Positions 37,773 to 46,022 of a stretch of DNA of 64,000 nucleotides are shown here, piece after piece. Where the stretch lies: the NCBI GenBank assembly GCA_964600165.1, contig CAZRIP010000002.1, forward strand, positions 16,400 to 80,399, written 5' to 3'. A program made the position numbers and the translations under genes. A model generated the notes under the pieces. It did no database searches, was not told the DNA's origin, and was given only the letters and a program-made list of their open reading frames with translations. The DNA comes from an uncultured Elusimicrobia bacterium. Lineage in GTDB: Bacteria > Elusimicrobiota > Elusimicrobia > UBA1565 > UBA9628. Position 1 is the first letter of the stretch, and each line of letters opens with the position of its first letter.

Positions 37773-38679
37773 CCTTTATCCTCCCGGCCGCCGCCGCGCC
37801 TTGGCGCGCTCCTTCGCGTCGGCGCGCCCCTTCAAGCACGTCGTCATCGACGATTTCTTCGCCCCCGGATTCTGCCGGCGCCTGGCGAAGGATTTCCCGA
37901 AGTACGACCGCGCGCGCTTCCTCAACGAGCACGGCGACCCGGGGAAAGCGCACCACGAGGCGCTGCGGCGGCTGGGTCCGGCCTTCCGCGCGCTCGACGA
38001 CGCGCTTCGCTCTCCCGCGTTCATCGGGCTCATCGAGGACATCTCCGGCATCGACGGCCTGCTCTTCGATCCCTCGTATTTCGGCGGCGGGACGCACGAG
38101 AACCTCGACGACATGGAGCTGTTTCCGCACGTCGACTTCAACTGCCGCGGCGGCCTGCACCGCCGTTTGAACCTGCTGATCTATCTCAATCCCGTCTGGC
38201 GCGCGGAGTGGGGAGGCTCGCTGCAGCTCCACGAGAACGCCTGGCCGGCGCGCCGCGACGACCGCGTCAAGACCGTCGCGCCGCTGATGAACCGGTGCGT
38301 CATGTTCGAGACGACCGACCGGTCTTGGCACGGCTTCGAGCGCCTGCGTCTTCCTCCGGGCGAGCGCGTCTCGCGCCGCTCGATCGCGCTCTATCTTTAC
38401 TCGAAGAGCCCGGCCGCGGGCGTGGCCCCGATCCCGCCGGACCTGACGATGTTCGTCGACCGGCCGCTGCCCGAGCGCTTCAAGCAGGCCGGACGCGCGC
38501 TGTCGGCCGAGGACGCGCGCGAGCTGGAGCGGCTGGTGGTCGAGCGCGACCGGCGCATCGAGTATCTTTACGGCCGCGCGTTGGATTGGTACCGAAGAGC
38601 CGTGCGCGGCGAGGCCGTCTCGGGCATGCTGGATGAGGCGGCGGAGCGCGTGCGCCGCCTGCGCCGAGGACGCGCGTGA
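37759..38679 (+). CDS. 2-oxoglutarate/Fe(II)-dependent oxygenase
   Basis: PFKHVVIDDFF, GGGTH, HVD facial-triad motif, RRLNLLIYLN..W..EWGG.L, SWHGF, RRSIALY. Confidence 0.85.
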   Translation: MRALSLYPPGRRRALARSFASARPFKHVVIDDFFAPGFCRRLAKDFPKYDRARFLNEHGDPGKAHHEALRRLGPAFRALDDALRSPAFIGLIEDISGIDGLLFDPSYFGGGTHENLDDMELFPHVDFNCRGGLHRRLNLLIYLNPVWRAEWGGSLQLHENAWPARRDDRVKTVAPLMNRCVMFETTDRSWHGFERLRLPPGERVSRRSIALYLYSKSPAAGVAPIPPDLTMFVDRPLPERFKQAGRALSAEDARELERLVVERDRRIEYLYGRALDWYRRAVRGEAVSGMLDEAAERVRRLRRGRA

Positions 38680-39815
38680 GGCGGGCTCCCAAGGACGTCT
38701 CTTTCGTGCTCAAGCAACTGGACCGCTGGGTCGCGGCCGGCGTCCGAAAGCTCGGCGGCGAAGGCGCGCGCCCGGAGCCGATCCGCGAGCTCCACGTGGA
38801 GCTGACCCACCGCTGCGACCTCAAGTGCGTGATGTGCCACCATTGGGAGATGCCCGCTCGCGATCCGGGCTCCGTCGAGCGGGAGTTGACGCCGCGGCAG
38901 CTCGACGCGATCGCGGGACGTTCGCGCCTGCTGCGCGCGGTCCAGTTCGTCGCCGTGACGGGAGGGGAGCCGTGGGTGCGGCCCGACGCCGTCGACGTCG
39001 TCGCCGTGCTGCGGCGGCGGTTCCCTCGCGCGTCTCTCGGCGTGCTGACCAACCTTTGGAACACCGGCCTCCTGCGCCGCAAGCTCGGCGAGCTCGCCGA
39101 CCGCGGCGTCGAGCGCTATTGGCTGGGCTCGTCGCTGGACGGCCTGGGCGCCACGCACGACCGCGTGCGCGGGCAGCCCGGCGCCTTCAAGGGCTTCGAG
39201 CGCACGCTGGCGATGCTCCGCAAGGAGTTTCCGAAGGTCGACGTCTCGGTGAACTTCACGATCCTGCCGGACAACGCCGGCGAGCTGTGGGACGTCTACT
39301 CATTCGCCAAGGGCAACGGTCTGGGCTTCGGAGCGCAATTCGTGGTCGAGCACGAGGGTCTCCCGGCGCCGAAGGCCTTTTCTTGGAAGCCCGCCCAGTT
39401 GGCGCGCGTCGAGGCGCAGATCGACCGGATCCTCGAGGACATCGCCCGCTCCGAGCAGGCGCTGATGCGGCTCGTGACGGCGCCGCCCTCTCAGTCGCGC
39501 GGGCTGTGGAACCGGCTCCTGTTTTGGAAGTACCTGCGCCGGCACGGGCGCGGCTCGCCGCGATTCTTCGACGACTGCATGGCCGGCGAGCGCTACGCGA
39601 TGCTCGATCCCGAGGGCAACCTGTTCTTCTGCCCGGTCAACAAGCACAAGACGGTCGGCAACGTGCGCGACGACGGCTTCGACGCCGTCTGGCGCTCCGC
39701 CCGCGCCGGGCGCGTGCGCGGCGAGCTGATTCCCTGCCAGTGCCGCTGCTGGCTCAACTGCATCGCCAACCCGATCCTCGATCGGGTCACGCGGCTGGCT
39801 CTCGACGATGCCTAG
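38676..39815 (+). CDS. Radical SAM protein with C-terminal SPASM/twitch-like Cys cluster
   Basis: CDLKCVMC (CX3CX2C), TGGEPW, SLDG...HDRVRG, then C.AG..Y..LDPEG.LFFCP...VGNV and CQCRCWLNC. Confidence 0.88.
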   Translation: MRRAPKDVSFVLKQLDRWVAAGVRKLGGEGARPEPIRELHVELTHRCDLKCVMCHHWEMPARDPGSVERELTPRQLDAIAGRSRLLRAVQFVAVTGGEPWVRPDAVDVVAVLRRRFPRASLGVLTNLWNTGLLRRKLGELADRGVERYWLGSSLDGLGATHDRVRGQPGAFKGFERTLAMLRKEFPKVDVSVNFTILPDNAGELWDVYSFAKGNGLGFGAQFVVEHEGLPAPKAFSWKPAQLARVEAQIDRILEDIARSEQALMRLVTAPPSQSRGLWNRLLFWKYLRRHGRGSPRFFDDCMAGERYAMLDPEGNLFFCPVNKHKTVGNVRDDGFDAVWRSARAGRVRGELIPCQCRCWLNCIANPILDRVTRLALDDA

Positions 39816-41688
39816 GCTCGTCTCGATCATCGTCTTGTGCCACGATCGCTGGAGCGACACCCGTCGCTGCCTGGAGGCCGTCCGCCGCTCCACGCCGCCG
39901 GACCTTTACGAGGTGCTGGCCTACGACAACGCCTCGACCGACGGGACGTTCGCGCGCTTGAGCGCGCTCGCGCGAGGCTGGCCGCAGCTCAAGCCGCGGC
40001 GCAACGAGCGCAATCTTTCTTTCGCGGAAGGCGTCAACAAGGGCATGCGCGAGGCCCGCGGCGATCTCTTCCTGTGGCTCAACAACGACACCGTGCCGGA
40101 GCGCGGCTGGCTCGAGGGACTGCTCGCGGCCTTGGGGGCCGGCGGCGCGGCCGCGGCCGGCCCGATGACCGACCGCATGGCGCCTCTCGACCAAGTCGGC
40201 GCTCGGTTCAAGACGAAGGCGCGCGGCCGGATCCGCGACGAGACGTTCCTGGGCGGCTTCTGCTTCTTGGTCGCGCGCGCCGCGGTCGAGCGCGCCGGCC
40301 CCATGGACGAGCGTTTCGAGTGGGGCTGGGAGGACATGGATTACTGCCTGCGCCTGCGTCAGGCGGGCGAGAAGCTGGTCTTGGCACGCGACGTTTTCGT
40401 CCATCACGCGGGCAGCCGGACGCTGCGCAAGATGCCCATGCCGCGGCGGCGGGCCACCGATTTTCGCAATCGGCGGCTGATCCTCGAAAAGTGGGCGCGC
40501 GGCGAGCCGTGGCGCTCGGACTTCCTGAGGCTCTATGAAAGGATGCCCTCGCCGTGGCGGTCGATCGGACCGGGCGTCTCCGTGATCGTCGCTTGCGACG
40601 GACCGTGGCCGGCCGCGCGCGCGCGCCTCGAGGCGCTGCGACGCTCCGCCGCGGGGCAGGACTGCGAGGCTCTGTTGGTCGCCGGCGAGCGCCGGCGCGC
40701 GGCGGAGCTTCGGCGTTGGGCCGCGGCGTGGCCGGCGGCCAAGGTGGTCGGCCCCTGGGGAGACGCCCCTCCGGCCAAGGCGTTCAATCGCGCCGCGGCT
40801 CTCGCTTGGGGCGACCATCTGGCTTTTCTCGACGCGGGCACGCGGGTCTCTCCGATGTGGCTCGCGGGCTTGCGCGCGGCGTTGCGCGGCCGGCCCGACA
40901 TCGGCGTCGCCGCCCCGGTCGGCGCGAGCTTGGGTTTTCTCGTCCGCCGCGACGTGTTCGCGCGCGTCGGCGGCTTCGACGAGCGTTTCTCCGGCGCCTT
41001 GTGCGGCGACGATTACCGCCGGCGAGTCGGCGAGGCCGGCTTCCCGGTCGTGGAGGCGCCCGGCGCCCGCGTCGTCACCACGCAGGCGCGGCCTATCGCC
41101 TCGATCGTGGTCGCGTGCCGCCGCGATCGGCCGACGACGCGCCGCTGCTTGGAGGCGATCCGGCGTTCGGCCGGCGCTTTTCCGCACGAGATCCTGGTGG
41201 CCGCTTCTTGGGGCGCCATCCACGAGGCCGACGCCCTCAACCGCGCGCTGCGCGAGGCTCGTGGCGAGCATGTCGTCGTGATGTCGGGCGACGCGGCGCC
41301 GGAGGCGGGATGGCTCGAGGCGCTCGTCGAGGCGGCGCGCTCGGAGCGCGACGTCGCCGGCGCGGCTCCGGCCTGCGCGGACTCGGATCTTTCCTGGCAG
41401 TCGCGCGTGCCGCCCGGCGGCGCGCGGCCCGTCCGCTTCGTGCGCGGGCTCTGCCTGCTGATCCCGCGCCGCGCGCTCTCGCTCCTCGGCGACTTCGACG
41501 ACCGCTTCCGGCGCGACCTTCACGTCGAAGACTTCTGCATGCGCGCCGAGCAGCGCGGCCTCAAGATCCTCGTCAGCGGGAAAGCCCGCGTGCGCCGGAT
41601 CCCGAAGGGGCGTCCCAAGAAGCCGTCGGCGCACGATCTCAAACTCTGGTTCCACAAGTGGCCTGCCGCCGGGCTCCTTCAGCGTTGA
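39808..41688 (+). CDS. Multi-domain GT2 glycosyltransferase (one intact plus two degenerate GT2 repeats)
   Basis: First domain YDNASTDGT / WLNNDT / WEDMDYCLR. The repeats have FLDAG / GGFDERF and MSGDA / GDFDDRF..EDFCMR. Confidence 0.85.
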   Translation: MPRLVSIIVLCHDRWSDTRRCLEAVRRSTPPDLYEVLAYDNASTDGTFARLSALARGWPQLKPRRNERNLSFAEGVNKGMREARGDLFLWLNNDTVPERGWLEGLLAALGAGGAAAAGPMTDRMAPLDQVGARFKTKARGRIRDETFLGGFCFLVARAAVERAGPMDERFEWGWEDMDYCLRLRQAGEKLVLARDVFVHHAGSRTLRKMPMPRRRATDFRNRRLILEKWARGEPWRSDFLRLYERMPSPWRSIGPGVSVIVACDGPWPAARARLEALRRSAAGQDCEALLVAGERRRAAELRRWAAAWPAAKVVGPWGDAPPAKAFNRAAALAWGDHLAFLDAGTRVSPMWLAGLRAALRGRPDIGVAAPVGASLGFLVRRDVFARVGGFDERFSGALCGDDYRRRVGEAGFPVVEAPGARVVTTQARPIASIVVACRRDRPTTRRCLEAIRRSAGAFPHEILVAASWGAIHEADALNRALREARGEHVVVMSGDAAPEAGWLEALVEAARSERDVAGAAPACADSDLSWQSRVPPGGARPVRFVRGLCLLIPRRALSLLGDFDDRFRRDLHVEDFCMRAEQRGLKILVSGKARVRRIPKGRPKKPSAHDLKLWFHKWPAAGLLQR

Positions 41689-43154
41689 TGTCCTTGCACC
41701 GCGTCGTGCTCAAGACGCGCCGCGTCCCGGGCCTGCGCGCCGTCTACCGCGGCATCTACTCCGTCGCGGCGGCGGCTTGCGCTCGCTCGCTCGCGGCGCT
41801 TCCGGGCGTCTCGGGCGTCTATCTCCATCGCGGCATGAGCCGCGACGGCTGGGAGCCGGGCGTCAGCGACGTCGACCTTCTCATCGTGCTCGACGACGCT
41901 CAAGACGACGAAGTTCGGGCGCTGGCCAAGCTCGCCGCGCGCTCGGCGTCGCTGCGCCGCGCCTTCCCGATGCTGGGCGACGTGTGGATCGGCACGGGCG
42001 ACGAGGCGCGCGCGTATCTGCGCCGAGGCGGTCTGCGGGCCTGGGAGGATTTCCCCGATTGGAGGCTTCTCGCCGGGCGTCCGCTGGCCGGCGGCGGCTG
42101 CGCCGAGAGCGCGGCCAAGCGCCGCTGGCTCGACCCGTGGTCTTGGCTGCTCGTCAGCCACATGGAGCTCGGCCGGCGCGTCTTCGGCGGTTCGGCGGCC
42201 AACGAGAAAGACGACGCCGATCTGCGGAAGATGCACGCCGACGCGCGCCGCTTCTCCGATTTCCTCCTGTCCGAGCGCGACGCCGCGCCGGCGCCGCGCT
42301 CCCGGGTCGTCGTCGATCCCGCGACGCCGCCGCTCGAGCTGTGGTTGGACTCGAGCGAGCGTTTCGCGCGGGCGTCGCGCCGCGTCCTCGAGAAGGTCGC
42401 GGGTCCCGAGCGGCTGGTCGTCGGCATTCCTCCGGCCGCGCCGGGCGAGCTGGACGGCCTGCTAGCCGGCCCCGCGCGCGCCGTCGTCGCCGATCCGCCG
42501 TATCACGACTATCTGCTGATGGAGGAGGGCTCCTCGCGCGCGGACTACGAGGCCGTCGCGGCGCTGGCCTCGCGGCGCCTCTCGCCCCGCGTTCTCTTGG
42601 CGCTCGAGCCTTCCGCGTGGGCGCTCGCGCTCCAATCGTCCTACCTCGGCGCGCCGCTCGGCTGGGCCGGCAGCGAAGGGGGGGCGGCCGTCGAGGACGG
42701 GCCCCTGTTCCCGCGCTGGGGGGCCCGCGCGGCGGGGCGCGCGCTGGCGCGCGTGCCCGCGCTCGACGCCGGCCTGCGTCGTGAGACGGCGGCCGAGGCG
42801 GCGTCCTGGATGCTGCTTTGGTGGCGCGCGATGTGGATCGGCGCGGATTGGTCGAACCGCTTCGTCCTCCATCATCTCTGCAGCCGCGCGATGGGCCTGC
42901 GCGCGATCTTGGAGGGCGAGGCCGGCGCGCCTTTTTGCGACTGGGAGCTCCAGCTCGCGCGCCTGAGCGCGCGGCACGAGGACGAGCGTCCCGCGTTCAG
43001 CCGCTTGCGCGAGCGTCTGCGCCGGGAGCCCGCGCCGCGCCTGGACTCCAGCGACCGCGGGGAGCTGGACGCCGGCCACCTTCCGGCCGTCGCGCGGCTC
43101 ATGGGAGATCTCCGCCGGGCGCTGCTCGCGAGCGAGGCCGGGGCCGCGTTCTGA
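41688..43154 (+). CDS. Nucleotidyltransferase (DNA pol beta-like) domain protein
   Basis: GVSGVYLHRGMSRDGWEPGVSDVDLLIV fits the hG.x(9-13)DhD NTase motif. ATG overlaps the upstream TGA. Confidence 0.7.
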   Translation: MSLHRVVLKTRRVPGLRAVYRGIYSVAAAACARSLAALPGVSGVYLHRGMSRDGWEPGVSDVDLLIVLDDAQDDEVRALAKLAARSASLRRAFPMLGDVWIGTGDEARAYLRRGGLRAWEDFPDWRLLAGRPLAGGGCAESAAKRRWLDPWSWLLVSHMELGRRVFGGSAANEKDDADLRKMHADARRFSDFLLSERDAAPAPRSRVVVDPATPPLELWLDSSERFARASRRVLEKVAGPERLVVGIPPAAPGELDGLLAGPARAVVADPPYHDYLLMEEGSSRADYEAVAALASRRLSPRVLLALEPSAWALALQSSYLGAPLGWAGSEGGAAVEDGPLFPRWGARAAGRALARVPALDAGLRRETAAEAASWMLLWWRAMWIGADWSNRFVLHHLCSRAMGLRAILEGEAGAPFCDWELQLARLSARHEDERPAFSRLRERLRREPAPRLDSSDRGELDAGHLPAVARLMGDLRRALLASEAGAAF

Positions 43155-43161
43155 TCGATTT

Positions 43162-43170
43162 TGCTATACT
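43162..43170 (+). promoter_or_regulatory. Extended -10 promoter (TG-n-TATACT) for the PqqD-rSAM-peptide unit
   Basis: TGCTATACT, with the hexamer at 43165-43170, 10 nt before ATG 43181. Confidence 0.6.
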
Positions 43171-43180
43171 CGGTCCCGCT

Positions 43181-43459
43181 ATGGCCTCGGCAAAAGAAGG
43201 GCGCTGGAAGCACAGCTCGCGCGTGGCTTGGCGGAAAGTCGCCGACGAAGCGATCATCCTCGACGTCGAGAGCGCGGTCTATTTCTCGCTGAGCGGCGCC
43301 GGACTTCGCATGTGGGAGCTCTTAGGAAAGGGCAAGACGGCGGGGGAGATCGCCCGCGCGCTCTCCGCGGAGTACGACGCGCAGGAAAACGAGATCGCCC
43401 GCGACTGCGCGAAGCTCGCCGGAAAGCTCGCCGACGAAGGCCTGATCGCACCGGCGTGA
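43181..43459 (+). CDS. PqqD family peptide chaperone / RiPP recognition element (RRE)
   Basis: 92 aa: VAWRKVADEAIILDVESAVYFSLSGAG.RMWELL......EIARALSAEYDA...EI..D...L..EGLI, the typical PqqD / lasso-B1 pattern. Confidence 0.9.
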   Translation: MASAKEGRWKHSSRVAWRKVADEAIILDVESAVYFSLSGAGLRMWELLGKGKTAGEIARALSAEYDAQENEIARDCAKLAGKLADEGLIAPA

Positions 43460-44766
43460 GCGGCACGGTCTTCATCGATCCGCCCAGCCCGCGGGGCTTC
43501 GTCGCCTTTCGCCATTCCCACGGCGGCTACGGCGAATGCTGCCGGACGAGCCGCCTGAAGTTCCCCACGCTGGATCTCTTTCACGCCGCGACGCTGCTGC
43601 TCGAGCGCGGGCACGCCGCCGCCGTCGTCGACTCCGTGCTCGAAAACCACGACCCCGAGGCCTGCGTCAAGGCCGTGCTCGCCAAGAAGCCTTCGGCGGC
43701 CGCGTTCCGGACGAGCGCGGGCTCGTTGGCCGAGGATCTCGCCGTCGCCGAGCTGCTGCGGCGGAAATTCGACGGGCCCATCGTCTTTTTCGGTCCGCAA
43801 GCGGGCGTCGAGTCGGACCGATTGCTCGAAAGCCCCGCCGTCGACGCCGTGCTCGTCGGCGAGCCGCCGTTCCCGTTCCTGGACTTGGCCCGCGACGGCG
43901 GTTTCGGCCGCGCGCGCGGCTTTCGCTATAAGCGGCGGGGAAAGATCGTCGAGAACGCGCCGTCGGGCTTCATGACGCAGCAGGAGCTCGACGCGCTGCC
44001 GGCGCCGCGTTGGGACCTGGTCGATTTCAAGCGTTATTCGTACGTCACCGCGCAGACGAGCTGGGGCTGCCCTTTTCGCTGCGGCTATTGCCCGTACCCG
44101 GTCACGCAAGGCGAGCGCTGGCGCACGCGCTCGATTCCGGCCGTCGTCCGCGAGTTCCAGACGCTGCGCGCGCGCCACGGCCTGCGCTTCGTTCTTTTGC
44201 GCGACCCGGAGTTCTCCCTGGAGCGGCGCCGCACCGTCGCGCTCTGCCGGGCGCTCGCGGCCGCGGGCACGCCTCTCATGTGGGGCTGCGAGACGCGGCT
44301 CGACACCCTGGACGGGGCGCTGATGGACGAGATGGCCGAGGCCGGCTGCGTGCGCGTCGCGTTCGGCGTCGACTCGATCAACCCGGCCGCGCTCGAACTG
44401 ATGGGCCGCCGCGGCCCGTCGCCGGCCGGGATCAGGCGGAAAGTCGCGGCGCTTAAAAAGCGGGGCATCCTGACCTACGGGATGTACATCATCGGGCTGC
44501 CCGGCGAGACCCGGGAGACGACGGGGCGCCTGATCGATTTCGCGCTCGAGCTGGGCACCAACGCGGCCTCTTTCTCGATGGCGACGCCGTTCGCCGGCAC
44601 GCGGCTGGCCCGTTTGGGCGCCGAGACCGGCCGCGTCGAGGCTCCCGACCCGCGGCGTTTGACGGGCTGCGTCCCTTCGATGCGCACCGAGGCGCTGTCG
44701 CTCAAAGAAGTCGAGGAGCTCTATTTGTCGGCGAAGGCGCGTTGGAACGCGAGCAGGATCAACTGA
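43456..44766 (+). CDS. Cobalamin-binding radical SAM protein
   Basis: N-terminal B12-binding-like domain (PTLDL..AA.L...G..A.VVD; D.VLVGE), TSWGCPFRCGYC (CX3CX2C), CETRLD, FGVDS, YIIGLPGET. GTG overlaps the PqqD stop. Confidence 0.88.
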   Translation: MSGTVFIDPPSPRGFVAFRHSHGGYGECCRTSRLKFPTLDLFHAATLLLERGHAAAVVDSVLENHDPEACVKAVLAKKPSAAAFRTSAGSLAEDLAVAELLRRKFDGPIVFFGPQAGVESDRLLESPAVDAVLVGEPPFPFLDLARDGGFGRARGFRYKRRGKIVENAPSGFMTQQELDALPAPRWDLVDFKRYSYVTAQTSWGCPFRCGYCPYPVTQGERWRTRSIPAVVREFQTLRARHGLRFVLLRDPEFSLERRRTVALCRALAAAGTPLMWGCETRLDTLDGALMDEMAEAGCVRVAFGVDSINPAALELMGRRGPSPAGIRRKVAALKKRGILTYGMYIIGLPGETRETTGRLIDFALELGTNAASFSMATPFAGTRLARLGAETGRVEAPDPRRLTGCVPSMRTEALSLKEVEELYLSAKARWNASRIN

Positions 44767-44783
44767 GAAGGCGGGGACCACTC

Positions 44784-44900
44784 ATGGCGGCCAAGAAAAC
44801 GAAAAGCGATTCGTCCAAGAAGAAGCGCAAGGGCAAGAAGAAATACCACCGGCCAGATCTGGTCAAGCACGGCGTGCTGTCGATCATCGAAGGCGACTGA
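44784..44900 (+). CDS. Putative RiPP precursor peptide, 38 aa (missing from the ORF track)
   Basis: MAAKKTKSDSSKKKRKGKKKYHRPDLVKHGVLSIIEGD. GGGGA RBS, 17 nt after the rSAM stop, carries YxxPxLxxxG. Confidence 0.75.
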   Translation: MAAKKTKSDSSKKKRKGKKKYHRPDLVKHGVLSIIEGD

Positions 44901-44904
44901 CGCC

Positions 44905-44920
44905 GCCTTTCAGCAAAGGC
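44905..44920. terminator. Short hairpin between convergent genes
   Basis: GCCTTT-CAGC-AAAGGC directly after the peptide stop and overlapping the stop of the convergent GT4. No clear U-tract. Confidence 0.35.
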
Positions 44921-46022
44921 TGACGACGGGGCGCTCGCCGGTCACGCGCGAGAACCAATTCATCCCTTCGAGCCTCTTGTAGCGGATCAGGAAGTAGTGC
45001 CACAGGCGCACGCCCTCCGCGCGGCGGATCCACAAGAGCTGAGCCATCACGATCAGACCGTCGAGGAGCTTGGGCCCGCGGTCGGCCGGCAGCCCCAACC
45101 GGTAGAGCGGCCAGCCGTCCTCGACGGTCTTGAAGGGCTCGGTCCAGCGGCTGCGGCGCAGGCAGGCGCAGAACCGGCGTCCTGGCCCGCCGAAGCCCGC
45201 GGCGAGGTTGCCCAGCATCGCCCGCGCCGTGGCGTCGTCGGAGGCGTCCCAGAAGACGCAGGCCGTTGTCGAGCCGACGGCGGCGGGATGGCGGGCGTAG
45301 ATGCCGGCGTAGGCCTCCAGCGCCTTGTCCCAAGAGAACTCGCCGCTTCGCTCGCGGGCGCGGCGGCCGAGCTCCCGGCGCAGCGCCTCGTCCTCGACGA
45401 GCCGGCGCATCGCGGCCGTCAGCGCGCGCGGATCCTTCGGCTCGACGAGCAGGCCTTCGACTCCGTCGCGGACGATCTCGGTGATGCCCCCGACGCGGCT
45501 GGCGACGACGGCCTTGCCGGCCTGCATCGCCTCGATGGCGGCGCCGCCGAGGCTTTCGCGGCGGCTGGGCAGCGCGAAGAACAAGCAGCCGCGCATCAGC
45601 GCGCGGACCGAGCGGTGCGGCAGCTGCCCCAGCCACAGCACGCGGCGCTCGAGGCCGAGCCGGCGGACGAAGGCCTGGAGCTTCCCGTCCGAATGGTCGG
45701 CCCCGCAGAGCACGAGCTGGAGGTCCGGGTGGCGGTCGGCCAGCTCGGCGAAGGCCATGACCAGGACGTCGACGCCCTTGTACTCGGCCAAGCGCGCCGC
45801 GCAGAGGATATACGGCGCCTTGACGCCCGGCGGCGGGGGATAGTCGTCTCCGGGCGGGGGTTCGAGGGCCGTCCCGTAGTAGATCACGGAGATCTCGTTG
45901 GGCGGGCGCCGGTACCAGCGCAGGATCTCCTTTCGATTCCAGGCTGAGTTCGAATTGACCTCGAAGGCCGCGGCCATCAGGCGCCCCGCGCTCGCGACGT
46001 CGAAGCCCGGCTCGTCGCTCAT
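44910..46022 (-). CDS. Glycosyltransferase family 4, apparently circularly permuted
   Basis: ARLAEYKGVD, FFALPSRRESLGGAAIEAMQAG, VGGITEIV. An N-domain-like segment follows the nucleotide-binding domain. Confidence 0.8.
   Translation of the reverse strand: MSDEPGFDVASAGRLMAAAFEVNSNSAWNRKEILRWYRRPPNEISVIYYGTALEPPPGDDYPPPPGVKAPYILCAARLAEYKGVDVLVMAFAELADRHPDLQLVLCGADHSDGKLQAFVRRLGLERRVLWLGQLPHRSVRALMRGCLFFALPSRRESLGGAAIEAMQAGKAVVASRVGGITEIVRDGVEGLLVEPKDPRALTAAMRRLVEDEALRRELGRRARERSGEFSWDKALEAYAGIYARHPAAVGSTTACVFWDASDDATARAMLGNLAAGFGGPGRRFCACLRRSRWTEPFKTVEDGWPLYRLGLPADRGPKLLDGLIVMAQLLWIRRAEGVRLWHYFLIRYKRLEGMNWFSRVTGERPVVSLC

Noticed and set aside
40554-41687. Long N-terminal extensions in ORF-track calls (40554, 26882, 34357..36576, 49668..51104, 56114, 60259..63228, 61686..63992)
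   Set aside because: The extensions overlap other real genes. True starts were moved to the codon overlapping the upstream stop or following a -10 box.
44784-44900. Canonical lasso peptide precursor
   Set aside because: The leader motif is lasso-like, but there is no Thr(-2), the possible core is too short to form a macrolactam, and no asparagine-synthetase-like cyclase or B2 protease is in the window.
44898-44900. Selenocysteine or readthrough at the peptide's TGA to give a longer core
   Set aside because: The downstream frame runs antisense into the GT4 gene and gives a non-precursor-like sequence. The adjacent hairpin is better explained as a terminator-like element.
43181-44900. PQQ biosynthesis (pqqA/D/E) cluster
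   Set aside because: The peptide lacks PqqA's ExxxY core, there are no pqqB/pqqC genes, and the adjacent rSAM is B12-type rather than PqqE-type.
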